Source: Candidatus Bathyarchaeota archaeon (GTDB lineage: Archaea; Thermoproteota; Bathyarchaeia; Bathyarchaeales; Bathyarchaeaceae). Taken from it: DNA of 64,000 nucleotides. The first letter of the stretch is position 1. Every line of letters starts with the position of its first letter. Under the pieces are notes generated by a model. It saw only the letters and a program-made list of their open reading frames with translations, was not told the origin of the DNA and searched no databases. A program made the translations under genes and the position numbers. Below, piece by piece: positions 9,924 to 21,147 of the stretch. The stretch covers positions 96,001 to 160,000 of the forward strand of contig CAVOMX010000011.1 of assembly GCA_963697165.1 (NCBI GenBank), in the 5' to 3' direction.

Positions 9924-10274
9924 ATGGAAGGAAAATGGGTTAACGACTGCCAACGGATTTTGAATGAAATAAAGAACTCGGCGAAGGTCGAAGGGTCTGA
10001 CCGACTAGACATGATGCGGACAATCAGGTTCACAATACTTGCATTGCAAAGAAGCGTAACGGGCTGGATGCAGTGGGCAGACAATCCCGACATTATGGCT
10101 CAGTTTTCGTTAGATGAGTTGACGGAAATAAACACGAATCTCGCGGATCTTGTTTGCGCCTTTGTAGACTACGACGCGAAAATAACTGGAACTCAAGAAA
10201 GAAAGATAGAAAAGAAGATGCAAAAAGAGACCATAAAGAGTCAAGACACAAAGGACATGTTCTACGTAAAATAA
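9924..10274 (+). CDS. DUF2153-like archaeal protein
   Basis: DRLD..LQRSVTGWMQW..P.IM pattern. Confidence 0.65.
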   Translation: MEGKWVNDCQRILNEIKNSAKVEGSDRLDMMRTIRFTILALQRSVTGWMQWADNPDIMAQFSLDELTEINTNLADLVCAFVDYDAKITGTQERKIEKKMQKETIKSQDTKDMFYVK

Positions 10275-10378
10275 AGCGCCGCGCTTACACGATTTTGGAT
10301 TTTTTAAGAATAACTCGACAAGTAATTACATTTAGTTGTGAACTTAGAAAATGAATGCACAAACGGGCACAGTTTGTC

Positions 10379-12876
10379 CTAATGTTTTCTCCTGTAAAGC
10401 ACTAATAATGCTATGGCAACCAGAAACAGCACAACAAGCAGCAAAGAGACAAGAATCCACCAAGAGTCCTGAACAACAGAAGAGAACATTATTTGCTGAT
10501 TAATATTCGAGTTGACGGTTACAGTTCCAGACGACAAAGAAGCCATGTAATCAGCTGGTGCAACAACAGAGAAGGAGTAGTCGCCGCTTTGCACTTCGAA
10601 ATTTATTGTGTACGAACTGGAGCTCTTCGTCTGATCGTTAAAGGTTACAGTCCAACTTGTTTCTTCGGGCAAGCCTGACGCAACGAAGGATACTTGGTAG
10701 GTTTGGGGGCTAGGCGAGTAATCACCTATTGCATAAACTATGTGATCATATGAACCCACATAAACTATACCATTGGCAACAGCAGGAGAAGAAACCACAG
10801 CATCACCTGTTTTGTAATTCCATAGTTGGGCGCCTGTTGTAGCATTCAAATGCGTAAAAGTTTTTGTCTTCTGAACCTACGTAAACCTTGCCATCAGCCA
10901 CAGCAGGAGAAGAATCCACGTAGCCACCTGTTGTGTAATTCCATATCATATCACCAGTAAGAGCATCTAATGCGTAAATGTTGTGATCACGTGAGCCAAT
11001 GTAAACTATGCCGTCACCCACTGCAGCAGATGAATACACTGGACCACCAGTTGTGAAATTCCACACCAAGTCGCCGTTAGATGCATCCAAAGCGTACACC
11101 TTCTGGTCCTGTGAGCCAACATAAACCAAACCACCAACCACAACAGGCGACGACAGAACCATATCACCTGTTTTGTAACTCCATAAAGGATCACCTGTTG
11201 AAGCATTCAAAGCGTAAACTTTGTTAGTCTAATGAGCCTATGTAAACTATGCCGTTGGCAACAGCAGGAGAAGACATCACAATCTTGCCGCCAGTTGTGT
11301 AGTTCCATACGAGGTCACCAGTTAAGGCATCCAAAGCGTAAACCTTGTGGTCCTGTGAACCAACATAAACCAAACCGTCAGCTACCGCAGGAGAAGAAAC
11401 AACATAAAGGTCTGTTTTGTAATTCCAAACATGAGCTACCCGTTAAAGCATCCAAAGCGTAAACGCTTGTGATCATACGAGCCAACATAAACAATACCAT
11501 TAGCCACTGCAGGAGAAGATAAAAGAATCATATCTCCGGCAGTGAAAGTCCATATGACAGTGTTGTGTAGCTCCAGATCGAAACCTACCATGCCTGTTGT
11601 AGCGTTCAATGCGTAAACTTTGTGATCATGTGAACCTACGTAAACTATGCCGTCAGCTACTGCAACAGAAGAATCCACCTTTCCTCCAGTTCTGAAAATC
11701 CATACAAGACTCACCATCTAAAGCATCCAAAGCGTAAAGCTTACCGTCCCATCCGCCCACGTAAACTATACCGTTAGCAACATCAGGACGAGAAACCACA
11801 AGATCATCTGTTGTGTAATTCCATACCAAGTCGCCGTTAGATGCATCCAAACAGTAAACCTTGTTATCTTGTGAACCCACGTAGACCTTGCCATCAGCCA
11901 CAACAGGAGAAGACGATACGCCCCCCCTGTTTTGTAATCCCAAATATGAGCACCCGTTAAAGCATCTAAAGCGTAAACCTTGCTATCTTCTGAACCTATG
12001 TAAACCTTGCCATCAGTCACAACAGGAGAAGAATACACTGGACCACCAGTTGTGAAATTCCATACTAAAGTCGCCGTTAGATGCATCCAAAGCGTAAACC
12101 TTGTTATCTAATGAACCCACATAAACTAGGTCATTGACAACAGCAGGAGAAGAAACAACATTATCTCCAGTTTTGTATGCCCATATGAGGCTCCCATTAA
12201 ACGCATCTAAAGCGTAAATGTTGTTGTCTATTGAGCCAAAGTAAACTATGTTGTCAGCCACTGACGGAGAAGACAACATTATTTGACCGCCTGTTTTGTA
12301 ACTCCAAATATGAGTACCGGTTGAAGCGTTCAAAGCGTAAACCTTGTTGTCAACTGATCCCACATAAACAATACCATTAGAGTATGCGGGATCTGTATCC
12401 ACGAAGTATTCTGTTGTGTAGTTCCAGACTTCAGCACCATTGACTGAATCCAAACAATAAACATTGTAGTCTTCTGAGCCTACGTAAACTAAACCATCAA
12501 CCACTACAGGACGAGAAACCACTACCCCACCAGTTACATAATTCCATGCTTGAGTACCGTTAGTTGCATCCAAAGCGTAGATTTTTCGGTCATAGGAACC
12601 AACATAAACCAAACCGCCAACCACAACAGGAGAACCTACTTGACCACCAGTGTTGAATTTCCATAAGGTCTGGTTTGTTTTAGGCGCTGTTGACTCTGAC
12701 TTGCCAGTATTCGCTAGATTCTGGTGAAACATAGGCCAATCGTCTGTTTCTGAGGGCTCCGCCGAGACTTCAGATGCACCAGCAGATTCGATTGTTGCGG
12801 ATAGGAAGGTGATGGAAAGGGGTGAGACTAAAAGGAGCACAGCCAAGACTAGACAGGTAATGGCTTTTTTGTTCAT
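10379..12876 (-). pseudogene. Secreted, membrane-anchored PQQ-repeat beta-propeller protein, multiply frameshifted
   Basis: Signal peptide, DWPMFHQN, tandem ~40-aa SSPAV..G.VYVGS.D.KVYALDA..G..W repeats over at least 6 ORF fragments; C-terminal SGLP..TSW domain and TM anchor. Confidence 0.85.
10730..12670 (-). repeat. Coding tandem repeat of ~120 bp (PQQ-like blades)
   Basis: Recurrent aagcgtaaac, caggagaaga and ccatcagccac units at ~120 bp spacing. Confidence 0.85.
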
Positions 12877-13312
12877 GATATTTTATCCTTTTTCATATTT
12901 GTCTGAAGCATTTTTATGCAGAAGCAAGATTTCTGGGGGAACAACAGCAACATGATACATGCAGCCAATAGTATTAAGCGTTCAGCAATTAATAAAAAAC
13001 TATCTTTTTTTAGACTGCAAATACCCAAACCAAATATGATTCAAACCTTTTTTTGGGTTAGAAAACAATTTCAGAAAAAAGGTCAGGTTTAATTATCGAA
13101 TGAAAAATTATACTAAAAGTCTACAATGCAAAGTTATTGTGATTCTCTTGGTGCCTTAGAATCATTCAACTCAAAAAAGAGGAAAAAGGCATACCCATAA
13201 TCCATATTGGTTTTGTCCTGTTAGTAATATTTGGAATTGTTTCAACAATAGGAGTGACGTTACTAGCATTCACCATGGTAACGGATAAGATTGGATACGC
13301 ACTAAACTGAGT

Positions 13313-13810
13313 TTATGATTTTTGGGTTGTTTCTTCAGCTCTCCTTTGCTGCAATAGTTCTTTGGCTAAATCTCGGGCATGCTCATGATAGATTAAATCA
13401 ATAATTTTGTTCCAATCAAAATCTTGTTTCATGTTATAATGAGAAAATTCTTCACGAGAAAACATGACAAGCTTGTCTGAATCATACAAAATCCTGAAAG
13501 CCAAAGAAGGATTGTCGGGATGATCATGATGAGTGCGCACAATCTCGCAAACCTCATCAACAAAACTTTTGTCGTACCCCAGTTTCTTTAGAATAGACCC
13601 GGCTATTCCTGGACCATCCTGATACTGTTTTTGGATGGTGCTTCCGCCGATGTCATGCATGATTATGGAGCAATAAATCAGTTCTTCCAAATCTTGTGGG
13701 ATATCAAAGTTTTTTTTGGAAATCTCAAAGACTCTTCTGGTGTGAGGTATTCCGAAATCGTTTTTCTTCAAGTATGGTTTTGCTAGTTGAAACACGGTTT
13801 CCCAGTTCAT
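13313..13810 (-). CDS. HD-domain protein
   Basis: H(TRRV)...MHDIG...HHD...YDSDKL. Confidence 0.85.
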   Translation of the reverse strand: MNWETVFQLAKPYLKKNDFGIPHTRRVFEISKKNFDIPQDLEELIYCSIIMHDIGGSTIQKQYQDGPGIAGSILKKLGYDKSFVDEVCEIVRTHHDHPDNPSLAFRILYDSDKLVMFSREEFSHYNMKQDFDWNKIIDLIYHEHARDLAKELLQQRRAEETTQKS

Positions 13811-13920
13811 TCTTCTTCATCTGTATCTTATTTGCGACAGCATATATTCTATCTTGTTTCCACCCTGAATCTCGCATTTCAACATGTTATTTCTGAGATC
13901 AGCACACATGTTGATGCAGT

Positions 13921-14451
13921 TTATTCTTTATTGTAAACTTTTATTCCCCAAGATTTGAATGCTTGGATAAAGCTGGAACTGCTCAAAGTTTTGAGTATAG
14001 CATAGCCTATTCCCGACATCACAATTAAAGTGCTAATTGTAACGCTTGCAATCATAGCAACCCATGGTGGAATTTGTAATCCAAAGATGTCTACTTGGAA
14101 ATTAAAGAATAACCAAAGGTAGCTGCCTACAGTTACTCCAATCGGCAAAGAACCAGCAGTGCAAGCCAACAGTTGCCGTTTTCTAAGCAGAAAAACTATG
14201 GTTGCTGCGATTAAGTTAGCAATTGTTCCAAAGACAACGTCTTCAGTACCCAACCAAACGTATGAGTTACCCACAAAGCATCCAACAGTTACACCTGCGA
14301 TTGCTGGCCAACCAAACAAAGCTGCTAATGGAATCAGACAGTCTGCAACACGCAATTGCACAGGACCTTGACCCATTGTTCCTAAAGCAATGACTAAAAC
14401 TGCATACAGACTTGTAAAAACTATCGTTAAAGTTATTTCATTTGTTTTCAT
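13921..14451 (-). CDS. queT: QueT-family transporter (ECF S component)
   Basis: LYAVL..GPVQLRVADCL..GVTVGCFVGN..DVVFGTIANL. Confidence 0.85.
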   Translation of the reverse strand: MKTNEITLTIVFTSLYAVLVIALGTMGQGPVQLRVADCLIPLAALFGWPAIAGVTVGCFVGNSYVWLGTEDVVFGTIANLIAATIVFLLRKRQLLACTAGSLPIGVTVGSYLWLFFNFQVDIFGLQIPPWVAMIASVTISTLIVMSGIGYAILKTLSSSSFIQAFKSWGIKVYNKE

Positions 14452-14552
14452 TATCTATTTTTACCTCCCCACTCCGGGATTTTTAATGCGGAACGGGTGG
14501 GAGGCTCCACCTACCCGCAAAGAGAAAAGATTATAGGAATCTCTTAAAAACA
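14452..14552 (-). promoter_or_regulatory. queT promoter plus structured 5' leader (candidate riboswitch)
   Basis: TTTTTAAG box ~24 nt before a GC-rich leader with alternative stems; SD GGAGGT 11 nt before ATG. Confidence 0.55.
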
Positions 14553-14990
14553 TTTAGCATAGAATAATAATCCTTCGCGTCATAAAATTAGTTGTAGACA
14601 ATCATTTTTAAGTCGCTATAAAACATCTCAAAATATTCCAAACGGGTCATCTGCAACATTCTGTATAGAGTTGTCTTTTTCCCATTCTTCGGTTAACCCT
14701 TCTGGCGTGAATATGTTGTTTAATCTTTTTCGGCAATCTTGAAGAAAACACCCAGTTTAAAGGCATCATCTTTGGAAAAGAAAATGTTGTCAGCATTGTA
14801 CTTTCTCATTAACGAAATTGTTTCGTTTGGTTCAATCGTGGTCAAAGCTTGGGTTTTTCGGCTAACAGGAGTTACGGGACACAAAAACAAGAACAACATG
14901 AACAAGAATCAAGAAAAAAACTACACAAAAAACCAAACTAACATTCATATTAGAAGACTAATAACAGATGATTGTTGAAATCAATCTTTT

Positions 14991-15164
14991 TCAGGAATCC
15001 AACGTCTTCTTAATTTGAAGATAAAGAAAAACGTCATCAAACAGGCTTTTCTGCGTCTTGATTTCTTTAAGGATTTTAGCAAGCTCGTTTTTATCAACCT
15101 TGTCGTTGATAAGGTGAGATTCTAGGATTTGGCGCTCTTCATAAGTAAAAATTTTGGTTATCAT
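14991..15164 (-). CDS. Small hypothetical protein (57 aa)
   Basis: Manual translation MITKIFTYEERQILESHL...FLYLQIKKTLDS; below the ORF-track cutoff. Confidence 0.55.
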   Translation of the reverse strand: MITKIFTYEERQILESHLINDKVDKNELAKILKEIKTQKSLFDDVFLYLQIKKTLDS

Positions 15165-15226
15165 ACTTCCATTTTCTCAAGAGCACATAAAACCTTTTCC
15201 CGAAACAGAAAATGGGGTCGTTGTGT

Positions 15227-15463
15227 TCAACTTCTTGTGTTCAGCAGTAAGTCTAATCTTTGGTATTTATTAAGAAATCCCTTGCCCTTATCAGTTGTAT
15301 GATACGAGCTTCCTATTGCTAGAAGACCCGTTTCTAGCAATAGATCCAAATACTTCTGAACGAACCTGTAGCTGAGTCCACAAACGTACATAATGCGCGT
15401 CTTTTTTGCTCCATTCTTTGCAGTCTCTAAGATTTCAGCGATTATATCAAAGGAACTTCTCAT
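15227..15463 (-). CDS. Archaeal winged-helix transcription regulator
   Basis: RSSFDIIAEIL..GAKKTRIMY.CGLSY..YL..L...YHTTDKG. Confidence 0.9.
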   Translation of the reverse strand: MRSSFDIIAEILETAKNGAKKTRIMYVCGLSYRFVQKYLDLLLETGLLAIGSSYHTTDKGKGFLNKYQRLDLLLNTRS

Positions 15464-15650
15464 TTAACTCACATTCCACACTAGAACGAAACCGCCATTT
15501 TTCTATAAATAGCATCCTCTACAACAAAACATATTACAACAATCGGAATATTATAGCTTGCATAAAGTTAGGAACGACAAACTAAAAAAAGAAAAAACTG
15601 TCAAAAGAGGGAAAAAGGCGGTTATTTTTCGATTCTCACGGTCTTCCTGA

Positions 15651-15880
15651 TTAACAAGCTAACCTTCTCTTTCTGATGTTCCTCTCAATCTTTTTAACAA
15701 GAGTATTCAGTTTCTTTTCACCAGATTCGTTTTTATTAATCCATTCCTTGGCAAACTTCCCGCTCTGAACATCCTTAAAAGCTTGACACATCTTCTCCTT
15801 AACGCTTTCATATGCAAGCTTAGTTCCAACAGTTACTCGACCATAATTTGCAGTCTTCGAAACAGCATTGAGCATATGTA
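15651..15880 (-). pseudogene. ilvC: Remnant of the native class I ketol-acid reductoisomerase C-terminus
   Basis: AVSKTANYG..TVG..VKEKM...KDVQSGKFAKEWI resembles IlvC SDTAxYG...IQSGxFAxEW; no N-terminal domain. Confidence 0.75.
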
Positions 15881-15968
15881 TATTTTTTAACCTATTCACT
15901 AATGTCAACAAGAAAAAGAATTTTTTATTAACTGCAACCTATTTATTAGAATCGTGTGAGGAGTCATT

Positions 15969-17015
15969 ATGGTTGAATTGGATTTCGGAGGAATAAAAGA
16001 AACTGTAGTAACAAGAAAAGAATTTCCTGTAGATCAAGCAAAAGAAATTCTAAAGGACGAAACAATTGCTATCCTAGGATATGGTATTCAAGGACGGGCT
16101 CAATCCTTAAACATGAGAGATAATGGATTTAATGTTATTATAGGCCAAAGTAAGGAATTTCCAAAGAATTACGAACAAGCAATAGAAGACGGATGGATTC
16201 CTGGGAAGACATTATTTTCGCTGAAGGAAGCTGCTGAAAGAGGAACCATCAAACAGTATCTATTGACTGATGCTGCGCAGAAAGAATTATGGCCAATAAT
16301 CAAAACCACTTTTAAAGAGGGTGATGCACTATATTTTTCACATGGATTTTCAATAGTTTACGGAAAACTTACAGGGGTTATTCCTCCACAAAACATTGAT
16401 GTTATCTTGGTTGCACCAAAAGGTTCTGGAACATCAGTAAGAAAGAATTTTCTGGCAGGTAGTGGAATAAACAGCAGTTTTGCAGTCCATCAAGATTTCA
16501 CAGGTAGAGCTGAAAATAGAGTGAAAGCCATTGGAATTGCTATTGGCTCGGGTTACTTATTCCCAACCACATTTGAAAAAGAAGTATATAGCGATCTAAC
16601 GGGAGAAAGAGGAGTTCTAATGGGAGCACTTGCAGGAATAATGGAAGCACAATATAATTGTTTGAGGGAAAATGGTCATAGTCCTAGTGAATCATTCAAT
16701 GAAACTGTAGAGGAATTAACTCAAAGTTTAATCAGGTTAGTTGACCAGAACGGCATGGATTGGATGTATAACAATTGCAGTGAGACTGCAAGAATAGGAG
16801 CCCTTAGATGGAAAGAAAGATTCAGGGATACTGTAAAACCCCTATTTGATTCTCTTTATGAATTGGTAGCTTCAGGAGAAGAAGTAAAAATTGTTCTTGA
16901 AAAAAGCGCAGAATCTGATTATGGAAAGAAATTGAACGAAGAATTAGAAGCGATGGGAAATTCTGAGATGTGGAGAACTGGTAAGACGGTGAGATCATTA
17001 AGACCTGATACATAA
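15969..17015 (+). CDS. ilvC: Ketol-acid reductoisomerase, Bacteroidota/fungal-like type
   Basis: GYGIQG, SHGFS, VAPKGSG, SDLTGERGVLMG; N-terminus LDFGG..E.VVTR.EFP. Confidence 0.95.
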   Translation: MVELDFGGIKETVVTRKEFPVDQAKEILKDETIAILGYGIQGRAQSLNMRDNGFNVIIGQSKEFPKNYEQAIEDGWIPGKTLFSLKEAAERGTIKQYLLTDAAQKELWPIIKTTFKEGDALYFSHGFSIVYGKLTGVIPPQNIDVILVAPKGSGTSVRKNFLAGSGINSSFAVHQDFTGRAENRVKAIGIAIGSGYLFPTTFEKEVYSDLTGERGVLMGALAGIMEAQYNCLRENGHSPSESFNETVEELTQSLIRLVDQNGMDWMYNNCSETARIGALRWKERFRDTVKPLFDSLYELVASGEEVKIVLEKSAESDYGKKLNEELEAMGNSEMWRTGKTVRSLRPDT

Positions 17016-17387
17016 TCTTAAGAAAACTCAAAAAACATAGTATGAACGATTTTAGAATTAATCAGAGTTCTGGCTCAATAAGATTGCAATACATCTGATC
17101 TTTTCTGGGGTTTCTTTTCTCTCCCTCACTTTCTTTGCTACCTTGCATATGTCGACTTTTCTAGAGGATATTTTGTTGAAAATTAACATAAAACAAGTCT
17201 TTAAACTAGAGAACTTTTTATTAGCTAAACAATTGAATTTTTTTGTTCATTTATTTTTGTCTTTCAATATTCTATGGAAAAATTATCTATTTTTGAGGGT
17301 GTTACAGGGTTTGTGGGGTTAATTTTTGTTTGTTTTTTTCCGGATTTTTAGATTTTTGTTACTAATAATAGTGTATTAACCTAGATT

Positions 17388-17915
17388 TTATTCATCTATT
17401 TTCACGGATTTGGGTCCTCTTGATAGGGCAGTTATTCCCGTTCTAGCCACCTCTTTAACTCCAAAAGGCTTCATTAAATTGATAAAAGCATCTATTTTGT
17501 TCGATGTACCAGTAATCTCCATCATCAAAGACTCAGAGGAAACGTCGACCACCCGAGCCCTGAAAATGTCAGCGTAGTTAATGATGTCTGAGCGTGCCTT
17601 AGTGCTCGGGGCATTCACTTTGATTAGCGCTAATTCTCTTGTTACAATGTTTTCCGGGTCTAGCCTAGTGACTTTGATGACGTCAATCAATTTGTTCAGC
17701 TGCTTGACCACCTGCTCGATAGTTCTGTCATCTCCCCTCACCATTATGGTCATTCGGGCTAAGCCCACCTCTTCGGCAGGTCCAACAGAAATACTATCTA
17801 TGTTGAAACTTCTGCATCTGAAAAGGTTCGAGACACTATATAAAACACCGGGCTTGTTCTCCACAATTGTAGATATTATGTGATTATGTTCTTTTAACAT
17901 ACTTAACACCCCCAA
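17388..17915 (-). CDS. ilvH: Acetolactate synthase small subunit
   Basis: VENKPGVL..FNIDSISVG..IEQVVKQLNKLIDV..RELALIKV..EVARTG. Confidence 0.95.
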   Translation of the reverse strand: MGVLSMLKEHNHIISTIVENKPGVLYSVSNLFRCRSFNIDSISVGPAEEVGLARMTIMVRGDDRTIEQVVKQLNKLIDVIKVTRLDPENIVTRELALIKVNAPSTKARSDIINYADIFRARVVDVSSESLMMEITGTSNKIDAFINLMKPFGVKEVARTGITALSRGPKSVKIDE

Positions 17916-19612
17916 CAGCTATCCTTCAATCCTTTACCCGGTGGAACCATCGGAAACACATCATCCTCAGGGGAAATAGGAACATCAATGACCGTGGTCA
18001 CTTCTGTCTTTAAGGCTTTTTTCACAGCATCAGCGAACTCATTTAATGAACCAATCCGAATTCCCTCGGCGCCATATGCCTGAGCCAACTTGGCGAAATC
18101 AGGAACGCTTCCCAGCTTCACAGCAGCGTATCTTCCCTTATAGAAAAGACGTTGCCACTGAGCTACCATACCAAGCATAGAATTGTTTAGCACAATCACT
18201 ATTACAGGTATATCCTCAGTAACTGAAGTTCCAAGCTCCTGCTCGGTCATTCTGAAGCTTCCATCTCCCGCTATATCAACGACTGGACAGGAAGGACATG
18301 CTACTTTAGCTCCGATAGCCGCAGGAAAACCGAAACCCATAGTTCCTAGCCCTCCTGAACTGATGAATGTCCTAGGCTTGATTGTCTGGAAGTGAAGAGC
18401 CGCCCACATCTGATTCTGACCAACCTCAGTAGCTATGATGGCGTTCTCTGGAAGAAGCTTTCGAAGCTCTTTTAGCAGTTTTGGAGCCGTCAAGTCACCT
18501 TTGCCAAGATCCATCTCACTAAGAAACTTCTCCTTGACTTCTTTTATTCTGTTAACCCATAGATTGTTCTCTTTCTTCTTTATTCTATGAACTAGCTGCT
18601 GGCGAATCAGTCTAAGTGTCGGTTTTGCGTCAGCAACAATCGGCACTTCAACACCAACGTTCTTTCCTATCTCCGCAGCATCTATGTCAATCTGTATTAT
18701 CTTTGCATCGGGACAGAAATCATCCAAAGTTCCTGTGCTTCTGTCCTGGAATCTTGTTCCAACCGCCACCAAAACATCAGCTTCCAAAATCATCTTGTTT
18801 GCCAATCGGGTCCCGTGCATTCCAATGTTTCCCATGGATAATGGATGATTTTCGGGGAAACAACTTTTTCCCATGAATGTTGTCGCCACGGGGATCATCA
18901 AAAGTTCAGCAAGCTGCAAAAGCTCAGGGGAAGCATTCGAAAGATTCACACCCCCTCCTGCCAATATCATGGGACGCTCTGCCTTTAGGAGCAGTTGAAC
19001 AGCCTTTTTAATCTGAAGTGGATGTGGCTCAGTATTGGGTTTGTAGCCTCGAATCTGCAGATTGCCTGAAAAGTCCATTTCTACTTTTTCAGTTTGAGTG
19101 TTCTTTGGAATGTCAATCAAAGCTGGTCCAGGTCTGCCTGTTGTGGCAATATGAAAAGTCATCCGTACCGCCTTAGGAATCTCTGCTGCGCTCTTCACTT
19201 GGACATTATACTTGGTGATTGGTGTAGTTATTCCTATAATGTCTGCTTCCTGGAATGCGTCCCGCCCAATCATGTAAGATGTATTAGCTGAATATGTGGG
19301 TACCTGACCTGTGAGTGCAATAACTGGTGAAGAATCCAAGTATGCATTTGCTAATCCCGTAACAATATTTGTGGCCCCGGGACCGGAAGTAGCCATAACT
19401 ACTCCGGCTCGACCGCTTGCTCGGGCGTAGCCGTCTGCCGCGTGCGCTGCGCCTTGTTCATGACGAGCAAGGATATGCCTTATTTCGGAATTGTATAGAA
19501 CTTCGTGGATGGGCAGGAGTGCTCCTCCGGATATGCCAAAGATCACTTCTACCTTTTCTCGTTTTAAAGACTCTATAAGAGCTTGTGCTCCCGTCATTTT
19601 TGCCATTTTCAT
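17903..19612 (-). CDS. ilvB: Acetolactate synthase large subunit
   Basis: RHEQGAAHAADGYAR, TSGPGATN, SGGLGTMGFG, GDGSF..LNN. Confidence 0.97.
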   Translation of the reverse strand: MKMAKMTGAQALIESLKREKVEVIFGISGGALLPIHEVLYNSEIRHILARHEQGAAHAADGYARASGRAGVVMATSGPGATNIVTGLANAYLDSSPVIALTGQVPTYSANTSYMIGRDAFQEADIIGITTPITKYNVQVKSAAEIPKAVRMTFHIATTGRPGPALIDIPKNTQTEKVEMDFSGNLQIRGYKPNTEPHPLQIKKAVQLLLKAERPMILAGGGVNLSNASPELLQLAELLMIPVATTFMGKSCFPENHPLSMGNIGMHGTRLANKMILEADVLVAVGTRFQDRSTGTLDDFCPDAKIIQIDIDAAEIGKNVGVEVPIVADAKPTLRLIRQQLVHRIKKKENNLWVNRIKEVKEKFLSEMDLGKGDLTAPKLLKELRKLLPENAIIATEVGQNQMWAALHFQTIKPRTFISSGGLGTMGFGFPAAIGAKVACPSCPVVDIAGDGSFRMTEQELGTSVTEDIPVIVIVLNNSMLGMVAQWQRLFYKGRYAAVKLGSVPDFAKLAQAYGAEGIRIGSLNEFADAVKKALKTEVTTVIDVPISPEDDVFPMVPPGKGLKDSCWGC

Positions 19613-19622
19613 AGTTCCTCCT

Positions 19623-21147
19623 TTACTTTTTTTGATTGTTATAGTTGCTCATCAGCACGTTCATGCCGCTGAGCATTGCCTCGACGCTTGCTATGACTAT
19701 GTCCTCGTTAACTCCAACCGCCGTGGATTTTTTGTCTCCTTTGCTGAGGCTCACAGCCACCTCGGTTACGGCGTTGGTGCCTCCCGTGATAGCCTTGACA
19801 GAATAGTTTTCCAGCTGTATCGGCTCAACGATTCCAACCGCCTTTTTTATTGCATTAATAGCGGCGTCTACTGGACCTACTCCAGTAGCTGCTTCAGTGA
19901 GCATGTTACCGTTGACGTTCAATCGCACAGAAGCCGTTGAAGTTATTCTGCTACCTGTGACAACTGTTATTTCCTCAAGTTTTATTGGACGAATCGTAGG
20001 CAAACCCATAACGGCTTCAGCGATTGCCTGCAGGTCAGCGTCAGCAACCCGTTTTCCTTTATCTCCAAGGCTCTTCACGTGCAGAAAGATTTCTTTCAGT
20101 TGCGCATCGTTGGGTTCAAGTCCCATTTCGTTTAGAGATGCCCTGATTCCTGTTGAGCCAGAATGCTTTCCCGCCGCTATTCTTCTTGTTCTCCCAATCA
20201 TTTCAGGCTTGAAAGGCTCGTAGGTTGATGGATTAGCCAGTATTCCGTGAGTGTGCATTCCCGACTCATGAACAAAGGCGTTCTCGCCTACAATTGACTT
20301 GTTTGGCTGTAACGGAAAATCGGTTATCCGCGAAACCAAACGGGACATCTCGTAAAGCAACTCAGTTTTTATCGCCAAGTTCACATTATATTGCACTTTG
20401 AGGACAACAGCCAGCTCCTCTAAGGAAGCGTTTCCTGCTCGCTCTCCAAGACCATTCATTGTCACGTGGGCTTGATCTGCCCCAGACTTCAACGCAACTA
20501 TCGAATTCGCTAATGCTAAACCAAAGTCGTCGTGACAGTGGACGCTCAACGGAACATTCTTGAACCTTTTCTTCAGTTCCACATATAGTTCACTGGTTCT
20601 TTCAGGAATCAGAACTCCAACAGTGTCACATGGGCATAATCGGTCTGCGCCCGCAGCAACTCCTGCCTTGAACATTTGGGTAAGAAAATCGAGGTCACTC
20701 CTCGTAGCGTCCTCAGCTGACAACTCAACTGTGAGTCCATGATCCTTAGCGTACTGGGTGGTGTCCGCCGTGATTTCCAAAATTTCTTCTCGGCTCTTCT
20801 TCAATTTGTATTGGAGATGCAAATCTGATGAAGGAATAACCAAATGCACTCCCATAGCGCCGGTTTTCAGTATGGCGTCTATGTCATTTTTTACGCCCCT
20901 GGCCATGCTGTAGACTTCTGCCCTGAGTCCTGCATCGGCAATGAGTTTTATCGCTTCCATTTCGCCTTCAGAAGCCGCGGCGAAACCAGCCTCCATGGCA
21001 TCAACCCCGAGCTGGTCTAAGTTTTCAGCAATTCTAAGTTTCTTTTCGGGGGTTAAAGAAACTCCAGGTGTCTGTTCGCCGTCTCTGAGGGTGGTGTCAA
21101 AAACTCTTATCTTTTTGGGGAAGCTAGACGATAAAGCGATCCCCCAT
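19623..21147 (-). CDS. cimA: (R)-citramalate synthase (LeuA/CimA family); 5' end lacks an in-frame canonical start
   Basis: In-frame extension upstream of 20996 gives RVFDTTLRDGEQTPG; VHLVIPSS and ELSAEDATRSD are CimA-like; HCHDD; C-terminal regulatory domain. Confidence 0.8.

Noticed and set aside
10730..12670. CRISPR-like or DGR-like repeats
   Set aside because: Repeats are degenerate coding beta-propeller blades; no spacers, cas genes or reverse transcriptase
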